From positions 1 through 51,310 of the IMG/VR virus record IMGVR_UViG_3300032116_000296: DNA of 51,310 nucleotides; one strand, given 5' to 3'. This document shows, piece after piece, positions 1-9,933 of the stretch. A model generated the notes under the pieces. That model was not told where the DNA came from and did not search any database. It worked only from the letters and a program-made list of their open reading frames with translations. This stretch comes from a virus. Its lineage: Duplodnaviria; Caudoviricetes. Position numbers and translations under genes: made by a program. Position 1 is the stretch's first letter. Every line of letters begins with the position of its first letter.

Positions 1-3000
1 GACAATGTAAACGTATTGGAATTTGAGACTACTGTGTTAGATGTTACCAAGATTTCCGTATTGCCTGCAGGACCTGTTGGACCTTGTGGACCAATTTTTG
101 GAACAACAGCATCAACCCATTGAGTTGAGTTGCCATCGTTATAGTAAATCTTCAATGTACCAGTGTTGCTATTCCACCAGAAGTCTTGATTTGCGCGACC
201 ACCAACTGGTGCTGTTGCAGAAACAGTAACATTTGCATTACCATCTCCACCGCCTCCTCCGCCACCACCAACACTTGTAAATGCAACGTTAATGATGCCA
301 TTGCTGTTTGAAGTTACAACAGTAACAGTTGCAGTATTGACAAAGTTGATTGTATTACTAGTGATCGATCCTGCGCTATTTTGCGTCACAAAGACAGAAT
401 TACCAACTGGACCTGTTGGACCTTGTGGACCAGTATCACCAGTGACACCTTGCGGTCCTTGGGGACCTTGCGGTCCTTGAGGTCCTTGAGGTCCTTGAGG
501 ACCAGTTACACTTGCTCCACTTGGACCTTGTGGACCCTGAGGACCAATTGGACCAACATCGCTGATATTGATTGTACCAGCCATTGAAGGATGATATTGG
601 CACACATAATATAATGTGCTTGGTGCATCATACGGGACAGCAAACGTTATTGTCCCAGATTGTGTACCATTATTCGTAACACCATTATTGTAAATGTTTC
701 CAGAACTATATGCGCCAGAAACACTTTGAATCCAGAATGGGTGACCAGAAGCACTTATACTAAAGGTGTAGGTGAATCCGCGCAATAAAGAAATTGTTGG
801 ATTATTTGATCCATCAATCGTATATGCACTTGCGCCACTGTTTGTTACTGTATAAGTTCTAGATCCAGCAACACCAGATGGTCCCTGAGGACCAGTAACA
901 CCTTGAGGACCTTGTGGTCCAGCAGCACCCTGTGGACCTTGTGGACCGATGTCACCAGTTGCACCAGATGGTCCTTGAGGACCAGCAACACCTTGAGGAC
1001 CTTGTGGTCCTTGAGGACCAGTAACACCTTGAGGACCTTGTGGTCCAGCAACACCTTGAGGACCTTGTGGTCCTTGAGGACCAGTTCCACCTGGACCAGA
1101 CGGACCAGTTGGACCTTGAGGACCAGAGTCGCCAATTGTATAAACAACAATTGATGTGTTATCTTCTGGTGCAGTTGTGAATACAATATTCGCACTTGCA
1201 ATATTATAATCAGCATTTTCTTGAAGCACACCATCAACAAACACAATTGTGTGCGCTTCACTAGTTGGCGGTACAGTTAGAACAAATGTTGCTGTGTTTC
1301 CGTCGCCAGTGAATTCATTTCTTGTGGAACCAGGATTACCAGTGCCAGTTCCAGATGGACCAGTTGGACCAGCAGCACCTGAAGGACCTTGAGGACCTTG
1401 TGGTCCAGCAGCACCTGCAGCGCCAGTTGGACCCTGTGGACCAGAGTCACCAATGATAATGACTTCAATTGCAGCATTCGATGCTGGCGCAGAAGTGAAT
1501 ACAATGTTTGACGAAGAAACATTATAATCTGAATTTGTTTGAAGAACGCTATCAACAAAGACAAGAGTGTGCGCTTCGCTTGTTGGTGGAATTGTGAGTG
1601 TGAATGTATTGCTACTTCCATCACCAACAAATGAATCTTTGAACGCACCAGGATTACCAGTGCCAGTTCCACCAGGACCTGTTGGACCAGTAGCACCTGA
1701 AGGACCAGATGGACCCTGTGGACCAGCAGCACCTGATGGACCCTGTGGACCAGCAACACCTTGAGGACCCTGTGGTCCTTGAGGACCAATAGCACCCTGC
1801 GGACCTTGAGGACCTGTATCACCCTTATCACCAGTACGAACAAAGGTGATTGTTACGTTTGTTGTATCTGGGAAACTTGTTGCACCATTTAAGTGTGCAA
1901 CAGGAACATAGAAGTAACTTGAGACATGATCATGAAGACCATTGATATTGAAGTATGCATAATCCAAGGTATTTGCGGTATTGGCAATTTTAAATGTGCC
2001 TTTGATTGTTGATGTTGAATCATCAATCGTTTGCAAATAGTTGAAGCAGTTAGCTGCATTCGTATCAATAAAATCAATATAAAGAGTTGTTGCACTGGCA
2101 AGATTTGTGTTATTGAATTTTACATTTGCAGTGCCAGGATCAGAGTTCGCTGTGTTTGTAAGATACACAAACTCAAAAGTTGCACCACCAAATTCACCTG
2201 TGTCACCTTTTGCACCAGAAGGACCTTGTGGACCAGCGACACCTGCAACACCCTGTGGTCCTTGAGGACCTTGTGGACCTATATCACCTTGTGGACCCTG
2301 CGGACCAGTAGCACCTTGCGGACCTTGAGGTCCAGAATCACCTATAGTGTAGATTATAATTTCATCGTTATTTGCTGGGGCGACCGTAAAGACAATATTT
2401 GCTCCAGCAATATTATAATCAGCATTTCCTTGTAATACAGTGCCAACAAAAACTAGTGTATGTTCTTCGCTAGTTGGAGGGACAGTTAGAGTAAATGTTG
2501 TGCACGCACCAGTGCCTGTAAAAATATCACGAGTTGCACCAGGATTACCAGTGCCAGTTCCAGATGGACCAGTTGGACCAGCAGGACCACTTGGACCCTG
2601 TGGTCCAGTAGCACCAGAAGAACCAGCAGCACCAGCTGGTCCCTGTGGACCTTGTGGACCAGAGTCGCCAATGGTGTATACAATAATTTTAGTATTATTT
2701 TCTGGTGCTGCAGTAAATACAATATTCGCACTTGAGATATTGTATGATGAGTTTGGTTGAGCGATACCATCAACAAAGACGATTGTATGCTCTTCACTGG
2801 TTGGCGGAACAGTTAGAGCAAATGTTGCCGTATTACCATCACCAGTAAATTCATTTCTTGCTGCACCAGGATTACCAGTACCTGTTCCAGATGGACCTGT
2901 TGGACCAGCAGGACCTTGTGGACCTTGTGGACCAGTTCCACCGCCACCACCACTACCTAGTGATGTAATTGCAATATTTGCATTACCATCACCAGAATCA

Positions 3001-3242
3001 GTGATTGCGATTGTTACATTTGCGGTATTGACAAAATTAAGTCTTTTGCCATGTAATGTGCTTCCACCGTTGGCAGAAACTGAGACGGTGTTTGCTGCAG
3101 AATTGATTGCAGGTAGAACATTGACGCCAGCAATATTTGCTGACTGAATGTTGGAGAGATTACGACTTGAATCAATGACAATAGTATTGGCGACGTCAAT
3201 ACCATGTTTTACGCTGAAGGTTTTACTCGTCGTATTTGCCAT
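1..3242 (-). CDS. Collagen-repeat tail fibre / virion structural protein (partial, runs off left end of window)
   Basis: Absent from the ORF track, apparently because it has no stop in the window. ATG at 3242 gives [31 protein letters not shown]. Gly codons of the GPQ/GPT/GPS triplets checked at 72, 1080 and 2940 are in the same frame. (Gly-Pro-X)n tracts alternate with globular modules. Confidence 0.85.
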   Translation of the reverse strand, partial: MANTTSKTFSVKHGIDVANTIVIDSSRNLSNIQSANIAGVNVLPAINSAANTVSVSANGGSTLHGKRLNFVNTANVTIAITDSGDGNANIAITSLGSGGGGGTGPQGPQGPAGPTGPSGTGTGNPGAARNEFTGDGNTATFALTVPPTSEEHTIVFVDGIAQPNSSYNISSANIVFTAAPENNTKIIVYTIGDSGPQGPQGPAGAAGSSGATGPQGPSGPAGPTGPSGTGTGNPGATRDIFTGTGACTTFTLTVPPTSEEHTLVFVGTVLQGNADYNIAGANIVFTVAPANNDEIIIYTIGDSGPQGPQGATGPQGPQGDIGPQGPQGPQGVAGVAGPQGPSGAKGDTGEFGGATFEFVYLTNTANSDPGTANVKFNNTNLASATTLYIDFIDTNAANCFNYLQTIDDSTSTIKGTFKIANTANTLDYAYFNINGLHDHVSSYFYVPVAHLNGATSFPDTTNVTITFVRTGDKGDTGPQGPQGAIGPQGPQGPQGVAGPQGPSGAAGPQGPSGPSGATGPTGPGGTGTGNPGAFKDSFVGDGSSNTFTLTIPPTSEAHTLVFVDSVLQTNSDYNVSSSNIVFTSAPASNAAIEVIIIGDSGPQGPTGAAGAAGPQGPQGPSGAAGPTGPSGTGTGNPGSTRNEFTGDGNTATFVLTVPPTSEAHTIVFVDGVLQENADYNIASANIVFTTAPEDNTSIVVYTIGDSGPQGPTGPSGPGGTGPQGPQGPQGVAGPQGPQGVTGPQGPQGPQGVAGPQGPSGATGDIGPQGPQGAAGPQGPQGVTGPQGPSGVAGSRTYTVTNSGASAYTIDGSNNPTISLLRGFTYTFSISASGHPFWIQSVSGAYSSGNIYNNGVTNNGTQSGTITFAVPYDAPSTLYYVCQYHPSMAGTINISDVGPIGPQGPQGPSGASVTGPQGPQGPQGPQGPQGPQGVTGDTGPQGPTGPVGNSVFVTQNSAGSITSNTINFVNTATVTVVTSNSNGIINVAFTSVGGGGGGGGDGNANVTVSATAPVGGRANQDFWWNSNTGTLKIYYNDGNSTQWVDAVVPKIGPQGPTGPAGNTEILVTSNTVVSNSNTFTL
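1125..2885 (-). repeat. Four copies of a ~70-aa module (GNPG..F.GDG...F.LT.PPT.E.HT.VFVD...Q....Y....NIVFT.AP....[11 protein letters not shown]) separated by collagen tracts
   Basis: Related copies at about 1125-1350, 1445-1670, 2335-2560 and 2670-2885, each starting with caccaggattaccagt on the + strand. Boundaries are approximate. Confidence 0.75.
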
Positions 3243-3340
3243 ATTATGTCAGAATGCGATGGGCAAATAGACGCATGCGCTTACATGCGAACTTCAGACC
3301 TCATCGGATTCACTATCCTCCAATGGATTTACTTTCTAAC

Positions 3341-3349
3341 TATATTTAT
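3341..3349 (-). promoter_or_regulatory. Putative T4-type late promoter (CATAAATATA)
   Basis: TAAATA core like the T4 gp55 consensus TATAAATA, upstream of a structural gene. The same TAAATATA occurs at 5773-5780 and 16771-16778. Confidence 0.5.
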
Positions 3350-5733
3350 GGAACTATGCCATAACGTACAGCGCGGATTGTATTGATTGATTGTGTAGCG
3401 TTGAACAACAATCTCACATTTCCACTATCAATATCCGCATTGAAAGTACCCAAGGAAGCGCCAGTTTGGATTGTACCATATTCAGTAATCCAAATATTGG
3501 TGCCTTCATGGACAAGGATAATTTCAGTAGTGTGATACGTTGATCCACTATTGGCTTGGACAAAGTATTTTGCAGAAGCAAGATCGGTTGTTGGGAAGAT
3601 ATCTAGAACAACCTGACCAGAAGCAGCTGTTGTTACAGTGTTAGTTGTAACCTTCAATGCTTCGACTGTCAAGGTGTTTGTTACATTAGCATTGGCAACT
3701 TCAAGACCTTCACCTGCAACGTTGATGGTCAACTTGCCAGTCATCGTATCGCCAGCCTTGGCAACCTTGACGTCGTTTATCCACTTGACTGAGTTTGCAG
3801 TCGCAGCGTTTGCAGTATCGGTAGAAGTAATCGAATCAACAAGTTTCGTGACACCAACCACTGTTGTCGATGCAGTATTCACATTGATTGAGTATGACCA
3901 AACATTATTCGTTTGACCAGAACCAATCTGAATTGCGCCAAGTTGAATGAGCGTATCAACCTTGGAATTTGCAGTATTGTATGCCGCATTCGCTTGGGCG
4001 TATGCTAGATTTGCTTGTCCATAAGCCGCATTTGCCTGTCCATACGCTGCATTGGCTTGGGCGTAGCCAGTATTGGCTTGACCATAAGCGGCGTTCGCTT
4101 GATTATAAGCAGCATTTGCTTGGGCATAAGAATCAGCAACTGCAGCGCCAGTCGTAATAAATGCAATGTTTGCATTACCATCAGCATTATCAGTGACGCT
4201 AACCTGAATACTTGCGGTATTGATAAAGTTTAGGAACTTGTTTGATAAACCGCTGGCACTGTTTGCATATACACGAACAGTATTTGCAGCAGTATTGGCT
4301 TGATCATATGCACCATTGGCTTGACTATAAGCGCCATTGGCTTGAGCATATGCACCATTCGCTTGAGAGTATGCGCCATTTGCCTGAGCAAAGGCACCAT
4401 TGGCTTGCGCATAGGCACCGTTCGCTTGAGCGTAAGCACCATTTGCCGTGTTGCTTGCATTATTCGCAGCATCATGAGCGAGAGTTAAGTTGGCTTGAGT
4501 AGCAACTGTATTACCTTGCAATAAGAGTGATGCAGCATTAACATTCGCGCGCAACCACGCTAGATTTGCAGAGGCAACGTCAATAACGTTATTACTTGGT
4601 TCTGTTGCATAACCATCGAAAATGTAAAATACATTATCAGAGGCATGACGAATAAAACCAGAATGTAGATTTGTTGTACCGCCATCTTCACTATAGTGAC
4701 CAACGAAACCAATATCAACAGCGTCGGAAGTTGAATTAGTTGATAACTGAATAATCGAGTCATTAACCTTCAAGGTCGCAACGTTAATATATGTCGCATT
4801 ACCTGTTAGGAACAAGTTACCTTGAACAGTAAGGTCACCAGAAACTGTACCACCAGAGAGATTAAGTTTTAGATTTGCTTCTCCATACGCAGCATTCGCT
4901 TGTCCATATGCTGCATTTGCCTGACCGTAAGCCGCATTGGCTTGACTGTAACCAGCATTTGCTTGAGCATAAGCATCATTGGCAACTCCACGTGCTGTGT
5001 TTGCCTGACCATATGCGTCATTCGCTGTGTCGCGAGCAGTATTGGCTTGCGCATACGCATTGTTGCCAGTGGTGCGAGCTGTATTGGCTTGACCATATGC
5101 GTCATTAGCAGTATCGCGTGCGGTGTTGGCTTGTGCATAAGCAGCATTGGCTTGATCGTAAGCAACGCCACCGCTGCTGCGGAAGATTAAATTCGCATTT
5201 GTGCCATCGTCGAGCAACTCGATTGACATCGAGCTGGTATTTTGTATGAGTAACTTTTTATTGTTAAGTGTTAAGCCGCCAACTGTAACAGAAACTGTAT
5301 TGGCTGCTGTATTTGCTTGAGAGTATGCAGCATTTGCCTGACTATAGGCAGCGTTGGCTTGACCGTATGCTGCATTTGCTTGACCATAAGCGGTATTGGC
5401 TTGGTCGCGAGCAGAGTTTGCTTGAGCATATCCAGAGTTAGCCTGTGCATATGCATCATTAGCGGTATTTCTTGCAGTATTCGCTTGACCGTAGGCATCA
5501 TTCGCAGTATCGCGAGCCGTATTCGCTTGGGCGTAGGCGTCGTTTGCAGTTCCACGAGCAGTATTGGCTTGGAGAGTTACATCTAATCCAGCAACTGTTA
5601 CAAAAGAAGTCGCGTTTACTGTTCCGACATTTGCTGTAGGAACGTTCGATAGGTTTCGGCTTGAATCGACAACAATGGTATTTGCTACATCAATACCAGT
5701 TTTAACGCTAAATGTTCTATTCATTGTCGCCAT
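3346..5733 (-). CDS. Long tail fibre-like protein with heptad (ANAAYGQ / AYAQANT) coiled-coil repeats
   Basis: 795 aa with many 7-residue A-N-x-A-Y-x-Q repeats. The N-terminus is paralogous to the collagen fibre and the C-terminal domain is paralogous to 5796..6833. SD AGGAG lies upstream. Confidence 0.8.
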   Translation of the reverse strand: MATMNRTFSVKTGIDVANTIVVDSSRNLSNVPTANVGTVNATSFVTVAGLDVTLQANTARGTANDAYAQANTARDTANDAYGQANTARNTANDAYAQANSGYAQANSARDQANTAYGQANAAYGQANAAYSQANAAYSQANTAANTVSVTVGGLTLNNKKLLIQNTSSMSIELLDDGTNANLIFRSSGGVAYDQANAAYAQANTARDTANDAYGQANTARTTGNNAYAQANTARDTANDAYGQANTARGVANDAYAQANAGYSQANAAYGQANAAYGQANAAYGEANLKLNLSGGTVSGDLTVQGNLFLTGNATYINVATLKVNDSIIQLSTNSTSDAVDIGFVGHYSEDGGTTNLHSGFIRHASDNVFYIFDGYATEPSNNVIDVASANLAWLRANVNAASLLLQGNTVATQANLTLAHDAANNASNTANGAYAQANGAYAQANGAFAQANGAYSQANGAYAQANGAYSQANGAYDQANTAANTVRVYANSASGLSNKFLNFINTASIQVSVTDNADGNANIAFITTGAAVADSYAQANAAYNQANAAYGQANTGYAQANAAYGQANAAYGQANLAYAQANAAYNTANSKVDTLIQLGAIQIGSGQTNNVWSYSINVNTASTTVVGVTKLVDSITSTDTANAATANSVKWINDVKVAKAGDTMTGKLTINVAGEGLEVANANVTNTLTVEALKVTTNTVTTAASGQVVLDIFPTTDLASAKYFVQANSGSTYHTTEIILVHEGTNIWITEYGTIQTGASLGTFNADIDSGNVRLLFNATQSINTIRAVRYGIVP

Positions 5734-5746
5734 TTAAAATCTCCTG

Positions 5747-5782
5747 AAGCCGATTATGAACGAATCGGCTTTTATATTTAGT
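5747..5782 (-). promoter_or_regulatory. Late promoter (ACTAAATATA) followed by a 9-bp leader hairpin ahead of the SD
   Basis: tatatttagt at 5773-5782. Perfect inverted repeat aagccgatt (5747-5755) / aatcggctt (5763-5771) directly before AGGAG. Confidence 0.6.
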
Positions 5783-5795
5783 AAAATTTGCCCTT

Positions 5796-6833
5796 CTAAC
5801 TCGATAATGCCTGTCTTAAGAATCTAATGGTGATTAGGTTGTTATCAGGATTATCTGGGAAGAATTTGAGTTTGCATGTCCCGCTCTCAATAACAACAGA
5901 GAACACTCCGAGAGTATAATTTGTAATCAAAACGGCGTATTCGGTCGTATGGACAGTTATACCATCGTGCATACAAAATAGTTCTGTGGAATGAATTCCT
6001 TCAACACTTTTTGCTTGAATGACATATTTTACAGTAATATAATCAGCGGCAGGGAATGAATCAATAATAACCTCCGAATCTGAAGTCGTCGAAACGGTAT
6101 TTGCAAGAGTTACCGACGGTCCGATATAGGATACATTTGAAGCGAACGGTGCAGTACTATGCAAATGTCCATCAAAATAGATGTTTGCACTACCGATTTG
6201 AAATCCACTTTCTCCAACATGGATTTTCTTATATCGATGAGTGGAGTCTCCAATAGAAAAAGTATTATCTGTAACTGCAACTAAATTAGTGGTGTTTAGA
6301 TTACCAGAAAGTGTATCGCCAGATTTAGCGACCTTTAAATCTACATTTGGTACGCTAAATCGAATACTCTGTGGGATCGATTGAGCATTTGCTTCAATAA
6401 CAACGTTGTTTCCAGACTTGAAATTGATCGTATCGAGACCAATTGCAGTAAGTTTTAAAACATCATCAACTTCCCAATACTTGAATGTTGTACCTGTAAG
6501 GATACGAACCGTTCCAGAAGTTTGATCAACTGCATTGAAAGAAGAGTCTAAATCAAACTGAATTCGGCTGACATTCGTTACTGTGTTTCCAACAGCATTA
6601 TTGGAAGCATAGACTTCTTGTACAGTAAGATTAAATGTTGGTCCTTGCGGACCAGATGGACCAGATGGACCCTGTGGTCCAGTATTACCAACTACGCCTT
6701 GTGGACCCTGAGGACCAGTAAGACCTTGTGAACCTTGAGGACCCTGTGGACCAATAATACCCTGTGGACCTTGTGGACCTTGCGGTCCTGGCGGCATCTC
6801 ACTGCCAAGAATATCTGTTAGTGTTGTTGTCAT
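5796..6833 (-). CDS. Virion structural / tail-associated protein with short collagen tract
   Basis: 345 aa. N-terminal GPQ repeats, a [13 protein letters not shown] fibre motif, and a C-terminal IDSF..KYVIQ..H.TE...HDG...TEY domain shared with 3346..5733. Confidence 0.7.
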   Translation of the reverse strand: MTTTLTDILGSEMPPGPQGPQGPQGIIGPQGPQGSQGLTGPQGPQGVVGNTGPQGPSGPSGPQGPTFNLTVQEVYASNNAVGNTVTNVSRIQFDLDSSFNAVDQTSGTVRILTGTTFKYWEVDDVLKLTAIGLDTINFKSGNNVVIEANAQSIPQSIRFSVPNVDLKVAKSGDTLSGNLNTTNLVAVTDNTFSIGDSTHRYKKIHVGESGFQIGSANIYFDGHLHSTAPFASNVSYIGPSVTLANTVSTTSDSEVIIDSFPAADYITVKYVIQAKSVEGIHSTELFCMHDGITVHTTEYAVLITNYTLGVFSVVIESGTCKLKFFPDNPDNNLITIRFLRQALSS

Positions 6834-6839
6834 TCTTTC

Positions 6840-8000
6840 TTACACTACAAATCCTGGCTTGTAGACAGTTTTACCTTTTTCAGTAACGGCTGTCAATTTT
6901 TGTTTTCTATTTGGACCCTTCGAAGTATATGATGCATGCACCCAACCTGAGTTTGGTCCCTCTTTCGGATCATAGAACTCAAGGATAATTTGATCAAATT
7001 CGCAATTCTCTGAAACCCACTTTGCGAGTTCTGGATTTGGAAGTCCATCAATCTCGAAATCTATGGCTTCTCCATTGCAATGTTGAGACTTAGAAGAGCC
7101 ACCAACGGCAGCGTTAAGAGCAGGACCGCGATATCCAGAGTTAATACGAACAGGCTTACCGAAATGGCGACGTACAGGTTCAAGAATCTTTTCGCAAACA
7201 TTTTTGAGGTTCTGCGCGTGTTCTGCATTTGGTGTATTGTCGATTCTTTTACGAATCGCAGTTTCTGATTTGGTAAACTCTTTTAGATTAAAATGTTCAG
7301 ATAGTTGCATATCTGCATTTACTTTACCTGCTGCTGGAGTGGCTGGAGCAGCTGCAGCTGCTACTGGTTTAGCAGCAGGTGCTGGTCCACTTAATTGCGC
7401 AAAGTACGTTTTCGTTTTAGCCTTGCGATCTTCCAAGCCGTGAGTACCACCATTAACTTTCTTACTAATGGATAATATCGTAGCATCATTCACTCCCTGA
7501 TCACATAATGCCCAAAGTTTATTTCTCTCAAAGAAGAACATTGCAGATTCGAACGCCAACTCAGTGGCAACGAGATCTGGATTTGTCATTACATCTGGAC
7601 GATTGCAAAACTTTGAGAATGCAAGATAATTGTCGCGACCTGTTAATTGTAATGCACCACGACCGCGAAATTTCCAACCGTCGCCTGACATCTCTGGACC
7701 ATTGCCCATACGCGATGCATAAACACGATTTGCAATTGCTTCAGGCTTGCGTTCATATTTTAATGCTTCGGCGTCAGTCTTAAAATACTTTCCGAAAATT
7801 CCACGGAGACCTTTTGCGCCGTAGTTTAAATTTTCAGAGAAAGCCTTGAATCCACCAGTTTCATGAGCAGTTTGCCCAAAGAAGTGTGCTGCTCTTGCTG
7901 GTGATAGTTTATAGTAAGCAGCAGCGGCACGTAGAGTTCCTGGACCCCATGCACCGTCAGCTGTTACTCCAATTTTCTTTTGTAATGCCACTAAACTCAT
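6840..8000 (-). CDS. Endolysin: PG-binding motif + GH19 (chitinase/lysozyme-like) + Ala/Pro linker + peptidase M15A
   Basis: ADGAWGPGT (PG-binding-like). AHFFGQTAHETGGF, GRGALQLTGRDNY and VNGGTHGLEDR (GH19). INSGYR..LNAAVGGSSKSQHCNGEAIDF and WVHASY (M15 Zn peptidase). Confidence 0.85.
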   Translation of the reverse strand: MSLVALQKKIGVTADGAWGPGTLRAAAAYYKLSPARAAHFFGQTAHETGGFKAFSENLNYGAKGLRGIFGKYFKTDAEALKYERKPEAIANRVYASRMGNGPEMSGDGWKFRGRGALQLTGRDNYLAFSKFCNRPDVMTNPDLVATELAFESAMFFFERNKLWALCDQGVNDATILSISKKVNGGTHGLEDRKAKTKTYFAQLSGPAPAAKPVAAAAAPATPAAGKVNADMQLSEHFNLKEFTKSETAIRKRIDNTPNAEHAQNLKNVCEKILEPVRRHFGKPVRINSGYRGPALNAAVGGSSKSQHCNGEAIDFEIDGLPNPELAKWVSENCEFDQIILEFYDPKEGPNSGWVHASYTSKGPNRKQKLTAVTEKGKTVYKPGFVV

Positions 8001-8008
8001 AAATCACC

Positions 8009-8416
8009 TCAGGCAATTGTATCTTCATCATCGTCTGCTGCAGCAACTACAGCAGCACCAGCGGCAGCGGCAACCACTAATGGAGCAACTTCAGCAACTG
8101 GTTCTGGCACTAAATCTGCAGGTGTTACATCACCAAGTGTTGGTTCTGGTGCTTTTGGTGCTTCTGGAATTTCTGGTTTTTCTTGCTTACCAAGCATAAT
8201 GCCTGATAGAATACCAGTCAAGAATGTTGCGATTGGAGTGATGAGTTCAAAGAACTTCGCATCATTTGGTGACTGCTGCATTGGCTGCGTCACGAAGATG
8301 AGTGAGTATAGAACTACGAACACAATTCCTGTAAGTGTGAAAGCAAGAGAAAGACCGACTGTAAACTTCAATCGTGCCATCAATTCACTTTCTGTATAAC
8401 GTGGACCTTTAAACAT
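8009..8416 (-). CDS. Two-TM membrane protein, holin or spanin candidate
   Basis: Two hydrophobic helices (FTVGLSLAFTLTGIVFVVLYSLIFV; LITPIATFLTGILSGIML), immediately upstream of the endolysin. Confidence 0.55.
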   Translation of the reverse strand: MFKGPRYTESELMARLKFTVGLSLAFTLTGIVFVVLYSLIFVTQPMQQSPNDAKFFELITPIATFLTGILSGIMLGKQEKPEIPEAPKAPEPTLGDVTPADLVPEPVAEVAPLVVAAAAGAAVVAAADDDEDTIA

Positions 8417-8418
8417 AA

Positions 8419-8664
8419 TTATTCTCCTGTTGTTTCATCAGTCTTATTACAATCTGCTTCTGGAGCAGGGGATTCCTCAACTTGTTGCGGTGCCTCTTGT
8501 TCTGGCAAACCATTTAATTTATCGTAGCAAAAGCCATCAGCTTCACATGCTGGACGATTACATTCTGCCTTATCCTTATTTTCAGGATCCTGACATGGGT
8601 ATCTATATCTATCTTCACATCCAACCAATAACAAAGCAGTCAAAACTAGAAATGCTGCTTTCAT
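8419..8664 (-). CDS. Small Cys-rich lipoprotein
   Basis: Signal peptide with lipobox LVGC, then YRYPCQDP..C...C....C. Located in the lysis cassette. Confidence 0.7.
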   Translation of the reverse strand: MKAAFLVLTALLLVGCEDRYRYPCQDPENKDKAECNRPACEADGFCYDKLNGLPEQEAPQQVEESPAPEADCNKTDETTGE

Positions 8665-8667
8665 TGT

Positions 8668-9030
8668 CTACCTCTTACCATGTTTTAGATAAAACATTGC
8701 GCCAGTGATCTCATCTTGAACAATAATTCCAGATGAAGGATTTTGCGCGGCGAAATCACGAACATCTTCACCCAAAGAACCAGAGACATAAGATGTATAG
8801 TGCTTGAATTTTTTCTTTCCGTGGACTGCTTTATGATAATCCTCGGAACGAACTTTGAATACTGGAATGCCACCAAACATATCGTGTGGCTTGACTCTTC
8901 GTAGAATTTTCTTTTTTCCAGCAAGACCGACTGGAGTTTGATCAGCTGAAGTTGCTGTTGGCATACCTGCTACAGCACCACTACCGACACTCATTGCAAT
9001 CGACTCTTTAAATTCTTTAAATTTTTTCAT
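8668..9030 (-). CDS. Hypothetical protein, possible capsid-internal protein
   Basis: The N-terminus MKKFKEFKES resembles the T4 capsid-targeting sequence (MKTYQEFIAE type). Confidence 0.6.
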   Translation of the reverse strand: MKKFKEFKESIAMSVGSGAVAGMPTATSADQTPVGLAGKKKILRRVKPHDMFGGIPVFKVRSEDYHKAVHGKKKFKHYTSYVSGSLGEDVRDFAAQNPSSGIIVQDEITGAMFYLKHGKR

Positions 9031-9034
9031 TTAC

Positions 9035-9063
9035 TTGACTTTGTCTTTACTATTCGTTATAAT
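9035..9063 (+). promoter_or_regulatory. Near-consensus sigma70 promoter oriented antisense to the surrounding genes
   Basis: TTGACT (9035-9040), 17 bp spacer, TATAAT (9058-9063), in an intergenic gap. Confidence 0.65.
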
Positions 9064-9081
9064 CAGTATGTCGGCTATTAA

Positions 9082-9471
9082 CTAGAGACTTCTTAATACG
9101 CTCACAATCTTGTTATCTAATTCAATATCGCTCGAAATAATATCCTCACCTCGTATTCCCTTTACAATCTTTGGCATTGCAGACGTATAAACAAGAAACG
9201 TCTTTAATGCGCTATAATCTTTTTCATCAATACATAAAAATAACATTCGCGTACATGGCTCAATGCCAAAGACATTTTGCGCAATTACAAGATGATTTAA
9301 AATTAATCTTTCTTTTAATTCTCCTGTAATTCGATAACGATGTAATAATCTTTTTATATAACGAAGTTTTTTATAGTCTTCGTCAAATTCACTATCAATG
9401 CAGTTGGGCTTTTCATAGCACTTTGCTGCATATAATAAAATATTTGATTCATTCAAATCATCAAAAAACAT
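9082..9471 (-). CDS. Conserved T4-like phage hypothetical protein
   Basis: 129 aa. The LYAAKCY.KPNC...EF.ED.K..RYIKRL..RY..TGELKERLILNH motif is familiar from aquatic T4-like phages. Confidence 0.7.
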   Translation of the reverse strand: MFFDDLNESNILLYAAKCYEKPNCIDSEFDEDYKKLRYIKRLLHRYRITGELKERLILNHLVIAQNVFGIEPCTRMLFLCIDEKDYSALKTFLVYTSAMPKIVKGIRGEDIISSDIELDNKIVSVLRSL

Positions 9472-9474
9472 ATA

Positions 9475-9933
9475 TTAATATTCGCCACTGTTTCCTGCGT
9501 CGTCATCTCTTTTGTGATAAGTGTTTGGTGGAATCAATAATGCTTCTCTTTCACCAACTAGATCTTCTGCAGACATTCCCATCAGATCTTGCAATTCATC
9601 ATTTGAGACAACTTGAGCATAACCATCTACAAATCCATCTTCATCATGCGTATCATATACGATGTATAGATGGAACCCAGAAGTACCAAGAGCGTATACT
9701 AGTTCTGCACCGAGATTTAAAAACTCTGGTGTTGCTGATTGTGGAATCTGAATTCCGTATCGTTCACAAACACCGCGAAGTTGCGCCAAGAAAATTGGAG
9801 CATTTTGATATGGTTTCATTGTGAGCGTTTCGAGCTCATCGTTTAATGCATCCATATTCTCAGAAAGACGACGTGAGTCTGTATCGATAACAGCATCAAT
9901 TTCTTCGTTGATATATTGTTTAAATTTTAACAT
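9475..9933 (-). CDS. Hypothetical acidic protein, possible capsid-internal protein
   Basis: N-terminus MLKFKQYINEE is capsid-targeting-like. Tightly coupled to its neighbours. Confidence 0.6.
   Translation of the reverse strand: MLKFKQYINEEIDAVIDTDSRRLSENMDALNDELETLTMKPYQNAPIFLAQLRGVCERYGIQIPQSATPEFLNLGAELVYALGTSGFHLYIVYDTHDEDGFVDGYAQVVSNDELQDLMGMSAEDLVGEREALLIPPNTYHKRDDDAGNSGEY

Noticed and set aside
420-2940. Tandem 9-bp-period repeats (ggaccttga/ggaccttgt) that could be mistaken for a CRISPR array or VNTR
   Set aside because: They encode Gly-Pro-X collagen triplets. There is no constant repeat with unique spacers and no cas gene.
41-3205. Many short ORFs on both strands in the collagen region (e.g. 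845..1261, 1277..1843, 903..1154)
   Set aside because: They are out-of-frame or antisense shadows of the repetitive GPQ codons of the single long minus-strand fibre gene.
3960-5570. 21-bp-period repeats
   Set aside because: They are the coding heptad repeats (ANAAYGQ) of the fibre protein, not a non-coding array or DGR template. No reverse transcriptase is present in the window.
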